Assembly: GCA_000388065.2 (NCBI GenBank)
Contig: KB932206.1
DNA length: 54,802 nt
Source of the DNA: Fonticula alba ATCC 38817
Lineage: Eukaryota > Protista > Nucleariida
Strand: one strand, 5' to 3'
Shown here: positions 35,501-47,100 of the stretch, in pieces
Numbering within the stretch: position 1 is the stretch's first letter
Layout: each line of letters begins with the position of its first letter
Made by a program: the position numbers and the translations under genes
Notes under the pieces: generated by a model
Told to the model about the DNA's origin: nothing
The model's input: only the letters and a program-made list of their open reading frames with translations
Databases searched by the model: none

Positions 35501-36515
35501 GCGGCCCCGGCGGGGGTGATCTCGGCGACGTCGCCGGAGCCTCGGTCCCCCTGGTGTGTCGGCGGATGATCATCGCCGCCCGCCACGGCAACGGGCGTGT
35601 CTCCACGCCCGGCAGGAATAAATGGGAAACCGGCATGCGCGACCGCCGCCCGTTCGCATTTTGGGCAAACAAAAGACTGACCGGGATCTTGCGTTGGGGG
35701 GAGGGGAGGGGGGGGGGGGAAACGGGGCCCGGCGGAGGGCCGACGGGCTCCGGCGTTGGGCCGGCCGGCGGGTGTTGACAAGAGTTCGACGAGGACGCTG
35801 CCCCGGCAGGAAGTGCCACCGCTCGGCCCCGGATGTCTCGCGGCGGTTCTCACCCCCCCCTCGCCCCACGCTCCCCTCGTGTGCAAGCGTGGTGGTCCCC
35901 CCCCCCCCCCCCCCCCCCCCCCGCGTTCGCCGGGGGCCTGGGTGGTGAGTCTCTGGCGGGTGGGGCGAAATTGGGGGGAGGGGGGCCCCGGGACCCGGCG
36001 GAGCTGACGAGGGGGCGGGGGGGCATGCCTTCTCCCCATGCGGCCGCGGGGGCAGGTGTCGCCGATCGCGCCATTTTTTTCACCCCGGCCGAGGAGCCAG
36101 CACCTGGCAGGGGTCACGCCGAACCCTGCAGAAGTTCCACCCGCCGAGCAACATGTGCCCTTGTCTCCCCCCGCCCGCCCGCCCCCACCCCGGCGATCGA
36201 ACAACCCAGGTCAACAGGAACAACCCCCAGGCCTGTTACTGGGGACGCGGGGACGGGAAGGACCGGCGGAAGGAGATCCCCAGCCGATTTAGGAGCCACA
36301 GCCAGGCCCCAGTTGTGGGATCACCCTCTTCACCATGCATGACCAGTGCCTACGCAGCCCCTTGTCGTCCCTCCTTCCCTTCCCCCCCCCCCTCCGCACA
36401 TCTCGCCTGTGCCACTGCCCCTCCCGTCCTCCCCCCGCCCCCTTTCCCACCTCCGCCCCTTTCCCACCCCCGCCCCGGCCTCCCTGTCCTCCCTCCTGTG
36501 TGGCGACTGTAGGCC

Positions 36516-37793
36516 ATGATCTCCGACCCCTCTCGGCGAAAGTGGCTGGCCGAGCTGTCTACTGAGGGCCTGGTGGCCCCGGACTTGCCTGATGCCCGGC
36601 TGCATTTGCCCCAGTTGACCATTGACCCCAACACCGGCCAGCCCTACTATGCCATCCAATATTGCGAGGAAAATATCTACCGCCTGGCAAGGCAGATTGT
36701 GAAGCAACTTCAAGATGCCGGCCGGCCAGACCTGGCGGCCCAGTGCTCGGTGGTCTTCATGACCGGCTCCTCGGGCTATGTGCACCTGAGCTGGAGCACC
36801 TTCTCCGATGAGTATCTCCCCCGGTGGCCGATGGACCCGAGCTCGGCCGGCTGCCTGTGGAGTCTCATCGACTATCATGTCATCCTGGTGACCCCGGCAG
36901 CGGTCCTGCCCCTGCTGGCGGGGGTGGGCGCCGGGGTATCGGCACCTCGGGCTCCAGGGCCGCCCCCCGGGCCGGAGGTGGTCGCCCTGGCGACCGTTGT
37001 CCCCTCGGCCCGGCTGCCACGCATGCGTCCGGCCACATTGGTTGATGATCCCTCCGGTGTGCTGGTTTGGGATTTCGATTTTGTGGCCGACTTCTTTCCC
37101 TGCACGGCGGCCTCCTTCGCCAGCCAGTCCCTCGAGGAGGCCACCTTTTCCATTCGTCTCAAGAACCAACGGTATGTTTCCCCTCTGGGGCCGGGCTAGC
37201 CGCTGCCCTTCGGCCTTCCTGTTGTCTGTTCGCTGCGGCCCCCCTCGAGAAGGGGCCACCTGCGGAATGGCCACTAATACGGTCGCCCCATGTGATCCAG
37301 GCAATTCCGCGTCCTTCCGGCTGAAGACTACTTGGCCTACTTCGCCTCGGACCGGTCGCACATGGTGCGTAATGCGTGCGCGCCGTGCATGCCGCCAGGG
37401 CCTGCTCTGCTTTCGCCGGTTGGGAGAGAATGCCCCGGCTCTTGAGGGGACCTTCCCTCGCCACCTCTCTAACCCCCCTCCTCCCTGTCCCGACCCCGGA
37501 CTTCACGACAATGCAGCTCAATGAGGATAGCGAACATGAGTATGTGGCCCCTCCGCCACCGGCGCCGGCTATCCGTGGCGAGAAGGCCATCAGTGGTACG
37601 GCCCTTTCCCCGGTCCGCCGGCACACGCACGCGCCTTCCTCCGCCTCCCCTCCATCCCCTGACCAGCTGTCTAGACATGACTCTCGATGCCTTTCGCTGT
37701 GGCGAGGAAACCCCCCCGGGCGATCTACCCACATATGGGACTCTCATGGACGAGGCCACCTTCCGGGCGGAGATTCTCAAGCTCTCAAACTAA
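36516..37793 (+). CDS. NTAQ1: Protein N-terminal glutamine amidohydrolase (NTAQ1/WDYHV1), 4 coding exons
   Basis: YCEENIYRL (catalytic Cys), SVVFMT, IDYHVILV (His), LVWDFD (Asp), RQFRVLPAEDYLAYFASDRSHM, YVAPPPPAPAI, YGTLMD. An acceptor at ~36512 just before the ATG suggests an upstream exon. Confidence 0.9.
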
Positions 37794-38190
37794 GGGACAT
37801 GCTCTGGCCATGATGAAACATCCGTCCAGCTCGCCGAAAGCAGGCCAAATACAAAGACATGAACATACATGCATGCATGCATTCAGAAAGGGCATGTGTG
37901 TCGCTGAGCCCTTGACACCGGAAATGTGTTCCGCACATCCGTGAACCCGTTGCTTGCGGGCGTGCGGGTGTGCGCGCGTGCCTCGGGCGCCAGGGATCAG
38001 GACAAGTGCGGTGTCTATAAGTGTGTATTATTATCATCATTTGCTGGGAGGGGCTCTCGTGAACGCGCGCGCGCAAGCAAGCAAGCAAGAGTACCCATCA
38101 ATTGTTCGCAAACAAAAGGTGTAAGGGGAAGGAAAAAGGGCGAAGAAGGAAGAGGGGGATAATGAATGGGGAAGGAAGCATGCCAAGAGG

Positions 38191-39609
38191 CTACTCAGCC
38201 ACAGTCTCGATGCCGGTCTCGACCACCGTCTTGGACAGCGTGGCACCAACACTGGCTTCGGCCTCGGCCATGGCAGACTCCGGCTCAGCCTCGGCCGAGG
38301 CGGGCTCCGACTCGGCCTCGACCAGGGCGGGCTCCGGCTCGACCTCTTCAAGGACCTTGGACACGGCCTCCGTGACAAGGGCCTGCCTCCAGGCACCGAA
38401 GACCTCCAGATCAACCAGATGCATCGGGAGATCGCCGGTTTCGGCCGGAGTGCCAACCGCCGCATGGTACGGCGGCAGCGGCACGCCAGCGCAACGCTCA
38501 ATTTGCGCCGTCACAGCTTCGATATCCCCATCCGGAGCGTTCTCATACTGGAGGGGGGGGGGGGATGGTTCATGTGGGTTTCCATGGGCAGGGGGCCAGC
38601 GACAAGTGGGGGGAACAGAAGTCAGTGGACCGAGTGAATGATACAAAGGAGGACTCCAGCGGAATTCGAGGGGGAGGGGGGGGGGGAGAAGGGAAAAGAG
38701 GGCAGGGGGAGGGAATCCAGAAGGGCGCACCAGCTCCAAAATGAAGGCCATCCAATCGCGCACGAGCTCTCGCACGCGAGGGATGTCCTCCTCGGACTCG
38801 ACGCGCAGCGGCTGGCCCGTGATGATGAGCATCTCCGCGTAGCCGGCACGCATGCCATGCGGCATGGCCCGGTAGGTGTTGACCAACACACACGGGAGCA
38901 CCGGCGAGCCACTGGACAAGGCCAGGCGGAAGGCCCCGTCGCGGAAAGGCCGCAGGGCCGGGGCATCCGGCGAGCGGGTCCCCTCCGGATAGATGACCAC
39001 CGAGGAGGGAGCACTGGAGGACTTGAGCATCGCATCGCAAGCCTGCAGCGACAGGGCACGCGACTCGCGCGACGCCACATCAACACCGATGTCCCCGACA
39101 ATCCACTGCGACCAGCCGAACACGGGCAGCGAGAAGTACGACTGCTTGGTCAGGTACTTCTTCGGGATCGGCAGGTACGACACCAGGCAGTGATCGATGA
39201 AGCCTGGCAAGGAGAGAAGGGGGAGGAAAGGATGTCAGTGGCATGGAGCACCGGGAGGGGGGCGGGGGGCAGGGGGGAAGGAGGGCAGGAGGGTAGTGGG
39301 ATGGGGGGTGCTCGTACTGGCATGGTTCGGGGCAACGACAAAGCTCCTGCGCCAGCCCTCCTGCCGAAGGAGCTCCACGGCCGGGGTCTCAACCAGGCGC
39401 CCGCTCCAGAGGCCGATGGAGCCCATCCACATGAGTGACCCATAGCCGAGAATGATCTCATGTAGGCGCTTGGCCCACCGGTGACCGAAGAGCAAGCGTG
39501 TCCCAGTGCACAGGGGGAAGGCTACCAGCGAGAGGGAGCCGATGCCGACATAGAAGAAGCACGTTCGCACAACGCCCAGCGTTCGCGAGAGCCAGGAGCG
39601 CTGAGCCAT
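38191..39609 (-). CDS. 1-acyl-sn-glycerol-3-phosphate acyltransferase (PlsC/LPAAT family), 3 exons
   Basis: N-terminal TM segments. Spliced motif I NHAS|FID (HX4D), KQSYFSLPVFGW, motif III IYPEGTRS, PFRDGAFRLA..PVLP, acidic C-terminal extension. Confidence 0.9.
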
Positions 39610-40578
39610 GGCTCAAGGAGGGAAGGTGGGTGGGGGGAAGGGGGGGAGGTGTTCTTTCTCTCTGCGGCCGGCTGATAGGGCGCAGAGCAGTGCAGACGGG
39701 CCAGCAAAAAGGGGGGGGGAGGGCGCGGGAAGAGGAGGCAGGCAGGGGAGGGAGGAAGATATTCGAGTGGGGATGGTGTGAAGGGCTGGGCCCGAATCAG
39801 CCGGGTCACCGGTCGCACTTCACACCGCCCATGACTGAATGCCAGCAGGAGGCCAGTATCCGTCGGTAATTATCCCCACGAGAGTGACCCGACTTGGCGC
39901 CGTGTGTTGGGGCGGCCCCAGCCCGGGAGGGCGCTTTCACGGCCTGTCCCCGGCCAGGGTGCGTCTGGTCCATGGGAACCTGGCACTGATGCCTGCGTCA
40001 GCCCCCTTCCCCTGGCCGCTGGCTTGTGCGAAGGGGATGCCGAGGCTCGATCTTCATTATTATTATCTAGGAAAAAAAAAAAACACCCCGACGCAACATA
40101 TGCGCAGGCGCCGAGGAACTTCGATGAGATTTGGTATTATTTTTTCTGGGCATAATCCCTCCTTCATCCTCTTCCTCTCATCTCCAGGTCCAATGTGCCG
40201 GAGTCAACCCAACTCTCTGTGCATCGGCGTGCTGTGCCCTGTTCTCCGGTCGCCACGGGAAGGTGTTTCAACGCTCTCGGGGGTCTGTGCGTGTGCCGAC
40301 TGGCGGGAGGTCGTGGGGGGGAGGGGAGGGGGGGTATATCCGAAGAAAAGCCCAAAGGCCAACGGTGATGGAGGATGCCCGCGGCAGGGACGCATGCGCG
40401 GGAGGGTGGGTTCACAACCCTCGGGAGCGCGGCCCTCACGTGATCCGTATGATCGAGGGGAAACATCCGCTCTCCCGTCCCCCCCCTCCCTCCCTCGAGA
40501 GGAACGGCCAGTCGGGTCTGGGCGAGAGGGTGGGAGAGGACTTCATTGCTGCCGGTAGTGTTGCCGCGAGCCATATGC

Positions 40579-40808
40579 TCACCGGTCGATCGCATTTCCT
40601 TGGTACTCCTTGGTGCCGAGCTTGACTGGGTGATCGGCTGGGTTGGCGGCGGCTTCGTACATGGTGATGATCGTCCGGCGATTGAGCTTATTTTCCATTC
40701 AGGTGTTGGTTAATAAGGGCGGGGGTCTGCGGGCCCGGTACGAGGAGGAAGCAAGACATGCATTGATGTGTCCAAGCCCACAAAGACATGTTTGTGGCTA
40801 TATATCTA

Positions 40809-40846
<38 letters not shown>

Positions 40847-41889
40847 GTTGGGGGGAGATGGGCGGGTGGACACTCGTGTCCGAATACGCACCGGACGGAA
40901 GTCCCCTTTGAGGCCGATGTAGGAGAGGGAAGTCTCCGGCGCGCCGTGGCTCGCGGCGAAGAACATCGTGAGGCTCTCCACATTCTGGAACTTGGAAATC
41001 CTGCAAATGGGCCGCATGGCCACGCAGGCGAGGATGGGTCCAGGACAGGGGTCAGTGCCAGCACCGACGGGAAGTTGCAAAGGGCCGGCCCAACAAGTGA
41101 CACATGGTGGCGCACCGCGTTTGGTACTCAATGACCTGGCCAGGCTTGTTGAGAATGTGGAACTCCTGTGCCGGGGGGAGCTCCTCGGCCATTTGGAAAT
41201 CAATGTCAGAGCGGTTGATGAACCTGCCAGTGGGCCGGGGGATGGTTAGCGGCGTCAAACAGACAACCCCCCCCCCCCAAAAAAAAACCCAGCCAACCAA
41301 GGAGAGACATACAGCTTGACCTTGCTCGGGCATTGGCCATCATCCCCTCCGACCAGGGAGAACCCCTTCAGGGTGACACCGCCCAGGAAGCTTTTCAAGC
41401 CAGCCCGAGCCAAGGGCGAGGCGCACGGGATGCAGGCAGATGGGCATTTGGGTCAGAGAAAAAGGCACGCCAGGGGCATGTGTGGGCGTCGGCGAGGAAG
41501 GGGCGGCTGCATTTGCACGGCTGCCGTGGCGCACGGAATGTAAACGAGCATCTGGTCATCGGCATCGCTGATGATGAACTGGGGTCCAGGGCGTTAGCGC
41601 GGGGCGGGAAGGGAGGGAATTCCGGCGGGGATGGACCACCAATGCCGCGTACCGGGTCCTCGGTCAGGCGGTCCTCCCAGGGCTTGAAGATGGGCAGGTC
41701 CTTCTCGAAATTCCGGCAATTGTAGGCATGCGTGCGTGGCTGATCGATGTGCCGGAAGAGCGAATACTCGGCCCCGCGCTCCCAGGTATCGTCGTGGTCG
41801 TGGCCGTCGCCGCATCCTCCGGCACCATGGCCGTGCGAGTGGCCATGGCCGCCGGAGCCAGACCCGAGGGATTCGCGACACGCAGACAT
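40579..41889 (-). CDS. PITHD1: PITH domain-containing protein 1, 6 exons
   Basis: His-rich N-terminus GHGHSHGHG. YSLFRHID..IFKPWEDR, SDADDQMLVYIP-FLGGVTLKG..PSKVKL-FINR.DIDF, EYQTR-ISKFQNVESLTMFF..YIGLKGDF, IITMYEAAANPADH. Confidence 0.93.
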
Positions 41890-44171
41890 GTTCTCTCCGG
41901 GCAAATACACACCTGTGTAGGAATAGGCTTCACGAGGGGATGTTGGGGGTGAATATATGTGGATGTGTGACTGAGCGCGAGTGCGGTTAGGGAGGTGCAC
42001 GCTGCGCCAAAGAAGAGAGTGGGAGGGGAAGGTGACCGTGGATGGTGCACGGCCGTCCTGGCGTCTTTTCGGCTCTGCCCGGTGGCGCGGCCGCGCCGTT
42101 CCGGGGGACCCCAGGGCCTGGGGCAGGCATGATCGAGCGGGCGCGGCCGTGCCCGGCCGATCGCGCCAATCAGTGACGGAGTTCCACCGGACTGTTCGTG
42201 ACTCGACGCCCAGGGCGTGACTACGCACATGCCACGAGACCAGCCCGGGGTGCGGGGCTGCCCAGCCTAGGCCGGGCCTCAGGCACTCGCCCCCGGGGCC
42301 GGTGGCCGTCTCACGTCCCCCCTGTGCAGGTGCCCCAAGATCGGCGTGTGACCCTCGCCGGCCTTGCNNNNNNNNNNNNNNNNNNNNNNNNNNNNNNNNN
42401 NNNNNNNNNNNNNNNNNNNNNNNNNNNNNNNNNNNNNNNNNNNNNNNNNNNNNNNNNNNNNNNNNNNNNNNNNNNNNNNNNNNNNNNNNNNNNNNNNNNN
42501 NNNNNNNNNNNNNNNNNNNNNNNNNNNNNNNNNNNNNNNNNNNNNNNNNNNNNNNNNNNNNNNNNNNNNNNNNNNNNNNNNNNNNNNNNNNNNNNNNNNN
42601 NNNNNNNNNNNNNNNNNNNNNNNNNNNNNNNNNNNNNNNNNNNNNNNNNNNNNNNNNNNNNNNNNNNNNNNNNNNNNNNNNNNNNNNNNNNNNNNNNNNN
42701 NNNNNNNNNNNNNNNNNNNNNNNNNNNNNNNNNNNNNNNNNNNNNNNNNNNNNNNNNNNNNNGGGGGCCGGCGGCACTTGTGCTGGTTCAATGAGCCAGT
42801 GTGTCGGGCTGTGCCTGAACGCCGGTGGTGCCGTGCGAGGCCCGAGGCTCGCACAGGGGTGGGGGCACTCCGCTCCGTGGAGGAAGAATGCCCCTCGTCC
42901 CGCGGTCGGTCGCCCCTGCCCGGGGGCATTCGCCCTACGCCATTCGTGGCCTAACCGTCCCTGTTCCGGCCCCCCCCCGGGGGGGGGGGGGGGCGAGGCA
43001 GAGCGCAGCAGGCGCCGGAGTAACCGGCGGCTGGGGACTTGAGCAGCAGCTGCCTGCTCCAACATTCTCCCGCCAGAGACTGGCCGTGTGCAACCGGGTC
43101 GCATGCAAGCATGGACACACCCGGGCGCCCGGGGGGTGTCCGGGCGAGAGGTCGGGAACAGCCGATCGTGCATGGGATTCCGGCGAGACGATCGGCAGCT
43201 TCAGCACGACCAGCGTGGCATCGCGCGCGCTCTGTCGACCGGCGAGACGCGGGGGCGCATGCGGGTGTCCCCGCCCTCGCCGGCCCTTGCGTGCGACCAT
43301 GGGGCCGATTGGCGCTGGGTGCTGTGCAATTTGCCGAGGGCATGGGGAATTCGCATTCCGCCCGGGGCGCGGGCCTTCCAGCGCGAGGGGCGCGCGCGCG
43401 CGCGCGCGCGCACACACACATGCACTCCACGCTCGTGCGCACGAGCGGACTCGGCGGGCATCGCGACTCTCAAATACTCGGGGCGAGGGGGGGGGAGACG
43501 CCTACCGTGGTATGGGTCCCGACATTGCCGCGGAAGGGGGCCGGGCAGGCCCCCAGCTTTTGTTTGTTGTGTGTTCCCCCGTGCCGTGCCCCCCCCCCCC
43601 CGAGCCCCGAACGGGGCTTCCATGGAGGGGGTCACTGGTCCCAGGCGAGACCCGTTTCCCGGCCCCTCCCGCTCTGCCCTGCCTGCGTGTCGATGCTCGG
43701 CCGCAGGCTGGTATCTTCTCCGGCCGAGCGATCGACATTCCCCAGCCCATCTCTCCCGCCGAACCCGCTCTCGGACGATCTTCTCTCGTCACAGATGACC
43801 CGCACCCAACATTGCAGGCCTCCTTTCCTCCCGGGTCCCGCCCGCCCCCCTCCCTCCTGACCCCCGCGGCCGACCTCTCGCTCGGCCTTTCGCCTGCGCC
43901 TTTTCACGACCGCCGCACAAGTCATCCCGCCAACCGTCGGAAGGCCGAACTTCGCGCCTCATTTCGGCCCCCGCACTGTGGTCGCTGCAAGTGCCTGCAC
44001 CATTCGATTCCCCTTCCCTCCTCCCATTTCCTGTTTTTCCCCCCCCCCCCCCCCCCGCCTTCCCGTTTGCCTGCTCCCTTCCCGTTTCGTTCCCCTTCCT
44101 CGGCTTCCTCCTCCTCCTCCTCCTCCTCCCTTCCGCGCATCTTCCCTCTTTCCCCGCCTGTCGCCGTCGCC

Positions 44172-47100
44172 ATGGCCGGGCCGATCCGCTCCACCGGTTT
44201 CGTCCTGCCCGGCGATGGAACCCCCTCGCCTGGATTGGGCCGGCACTCTCCTGGCACCGACCCGGCCCCCGGCGGCCGGTCCCTCCTGTCCGACCGCCTG
44301 CGCAGCAGCGATAGCCATGTGGACGTGACGCAGCAGCGCCAGCCGGACGCGGCGGTCGCGGCGGTCGGCCTGCCAGGCCCCTCCGCCCGGCCCTGGACGC
44401 CGACCGCCGGATCGGCCTTCGCTCGGCTCTCTCAGTCCCTGCCGAATGCCGGGGCGCATCCATGGGCCTCCGGTCCTGGCGAGGTGTCCTCCTCCATCGT
44501 GACCCCCTCGGTCCCGGTGGCCGGGCCCGGCACCTCCCACGGGCTCTCCTCCCTGGGTGGCAGCCAGGCTAGCATGGGGTCCTCCTTTGGAAGCGTCCTC
44601 TCCGACGCGCCCATCCACCTGAGTGCCGCGCAGCGGCAAACTTGCGACCGAATGACCACCCTCGTGTGGAATTGCCTGCAGCTCATCACCCCGGACATCT
44701 TGCAAAATGCCCTCTACCAGGTGCGCCGCCACCTGCCTCCGAGCCGCTCGGCGGTGCTCCCTCGCCCTGCCACCATTCCCCCCCCCCCCCCCCCCCCATG
44801 AAGCTCACCCACTTCCACCCTTCCCTCGACCCCTCTCCGGGCCGCCCTGCCAGAGCGAAGGCCGACCCCTGCGGGCGCTGGCCATGCTGCTGACATTTTC
44901 GGATTCGCTGGCCGCCGCCGCGGCTGAGGAGGGCGTCTCCGCGGCCACCCTGCGCCAGGAGCTGGCGGACCTGGACGCCGAGCAGGCCGACGAGCTGCTG
45001 ATGATGTCGGATTCGGATGAGGCTCTCGGTGAGCTGCTTGGCGTGGCCTCCGCCCCGCCCGGGCTCCGTCGGACCTCGTCGCACCTGCTGTCCGGCGAGG
45101 AGGCCGGCCGTCGGTCGCCAATCGCCTCGACCGCGATGTCGCGGTCCTCCTCCTCCGGCGGGTCAGCCTCACTCGGGGGCAGTGGCCGATACAAGCACCC
45201 TCGTGGCAGCCGGTCCAGCCGCTCGCGTCGGCATTCCCCCACCCCGATCGATGCGGCCATGGGCCTGGAGTTTGACTCGTTCGGAACCGACACCGAGCTG
45301 CGCGAGCTCCTCACCGACACCGACGACACGGACCTTTCGGTGGCCCTCTACCTGGACTCGGACTTTGATTCGGACGATGACGACGACTACTCGCCGGACT
45401 TCAGCCATGGGAGTCTCAGCGACGAGCAGCTGAGCCTCGGTCGGCGGTCTCCGCCGGCCCTCCGCGACGGGGCCCCCATCCAGCGGAGTTCCCTGTCAGC
45501 CTCCTCGACCGAGGGCGGCGGCTTGATCGTCATGACCACCAACACTGGTGGCAGCCCGACGGCCAAGCCGGCCGGCCCCCTGCCGGGAGCCTGTATGCTG
45601 GCTCACGCGGCGGCCCACGCTCACCCGCATGCGCTCAATTGCCCGCACATCCGCCCTCCCGGGTCTGGCTGGCGTTCGCGCTCCAAATGTCGCATGGTCT
45701 GCTGCTGCCAGGTGGAAGCCCTCCTCCATCAAGCGGCCGCCGCGGTCCCCGACCCGGGTGGCATGATGCAGGTGGCCACCCCTCCGCAGCCCCCGAGCGC
45801 GGCCAGTGCCACCGGCAGCCTCTTTGCTCGGCCCTTTGCTCGGTACCGTGCTGGCAGCCGCAGCCGCAGCCGCAGCCGGAGCCGCAGCAGCAGCGCCACC
45901 AGCACCGGCAGCACCGGGCCCATGGGCGGGCCCCTCAGCACCACCGGCAGTACCAGCAGCTCCGGCAGTCTGCCCCCACGGCGGCGGTCTTCCTCCTTCT
46001 CCTTGAGCTCCTTCCTGTCGGGGTCCAGCGCGGCCGGCACCCCGAGCAGCACCTATGAGCATGCCTCCCCGGCCACGGACCTGACCGTGGGCCTGGATGC
46101 CTATGCGTCCGGGTCTCGTGCCTCGCCGGCTCCCCCTTCCGGCAGTCCCGCGGCCTTGCGCATGTCCAAGTGGACGCTGCGCCGCGGGGTGTCATCCACC
46201 AGCACGTCGAAGCCCCCCCCCTCGGCCGGGGTCCCGGTGGCCGGTAACCCATCGGCCTCCGGCGCCACTGCCCAGCCACCGGCCACCCCGCCGGAGGACC
46301 TACTCCGCGTGGCCCCCGAGGCTTCGCCCTCCAGCACCCTGTCCCCTGGGGCCGGCACTCTGGCGGCCGAGGCGTCGCCTGGTGTTTCCTCGCGGCCGGG
46401 TGCCGGCCATTCGCGCGAGTCGGGCTTTATGCGCACTCTGCGCAATGCCTCGCGCTCTTTCGAGATCCTCTTCCTCGGCGGGGCCGACGCCCCTCCCGGG
46501 GGCGATGCCCCGGCCGGCGAGGCGGCCCCCCCGGGACAGCTGCCAGTTGGCGTGCTGGATGCCGGGCTGCTGCCCAAATCGACGGCCGTGCTGAGCAACA
46601 GCTTCGAGGCCGACATTCACACTTTGTCGGCCGATGCCCTGCTCCCCGGGGCCGAGCCCCCATCGTCGCACTTGTCCTCGCCCTCCTCCTCCGGGCAGAC
46701 GTCGGTGGATTTGGACTTCCAACGGGCAGCCCAGGTGGGGGTCTTTGCCCCGGGTCAGGGCGGGCTCCGGCACCCCGCCGGGGGGGACCTCCATCCCACC
46801 GAGGAGGACTTCCTGGATGATGGGGACCGGCATTCCGGGGGCGTCTTCAGTCGGTTGATTGGCACCCGTCCAGCGGCCTTCTTCCGGCGCCGAAGCAGCA
46901 GCCAATTGGCCTTGAGCACGTCGCCCTCGACCGCGGAGGAGTCTCCCGGCTCTTTGGGCGCGGTGCCGCGCGCGACCCCCTCGACGGCCGATAGGCCGGC
47001 ATCGGCGCATCTGCTGAGTGCCGGGGGCTTTGCCTCGCCGGCCGAGGCGGACTCGGCTGCGGCGTCGTCCGGTGCTTTGGCCGCCGGCCGCCGGCGCCAT

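Noticed and set aside
37806-37910. Box C/D snoRNA-like pattern (GGC-ATGATGA...CTGA-GCC) just after the NTAQ1 stop
   Set aside because: The stem is only 3 bp, the interior is (CATG)n low complexity, I could not identify an rRNA-complementary guide, and it lies in a probable 3'UTR. A snoscan or Infernal search would settle it.
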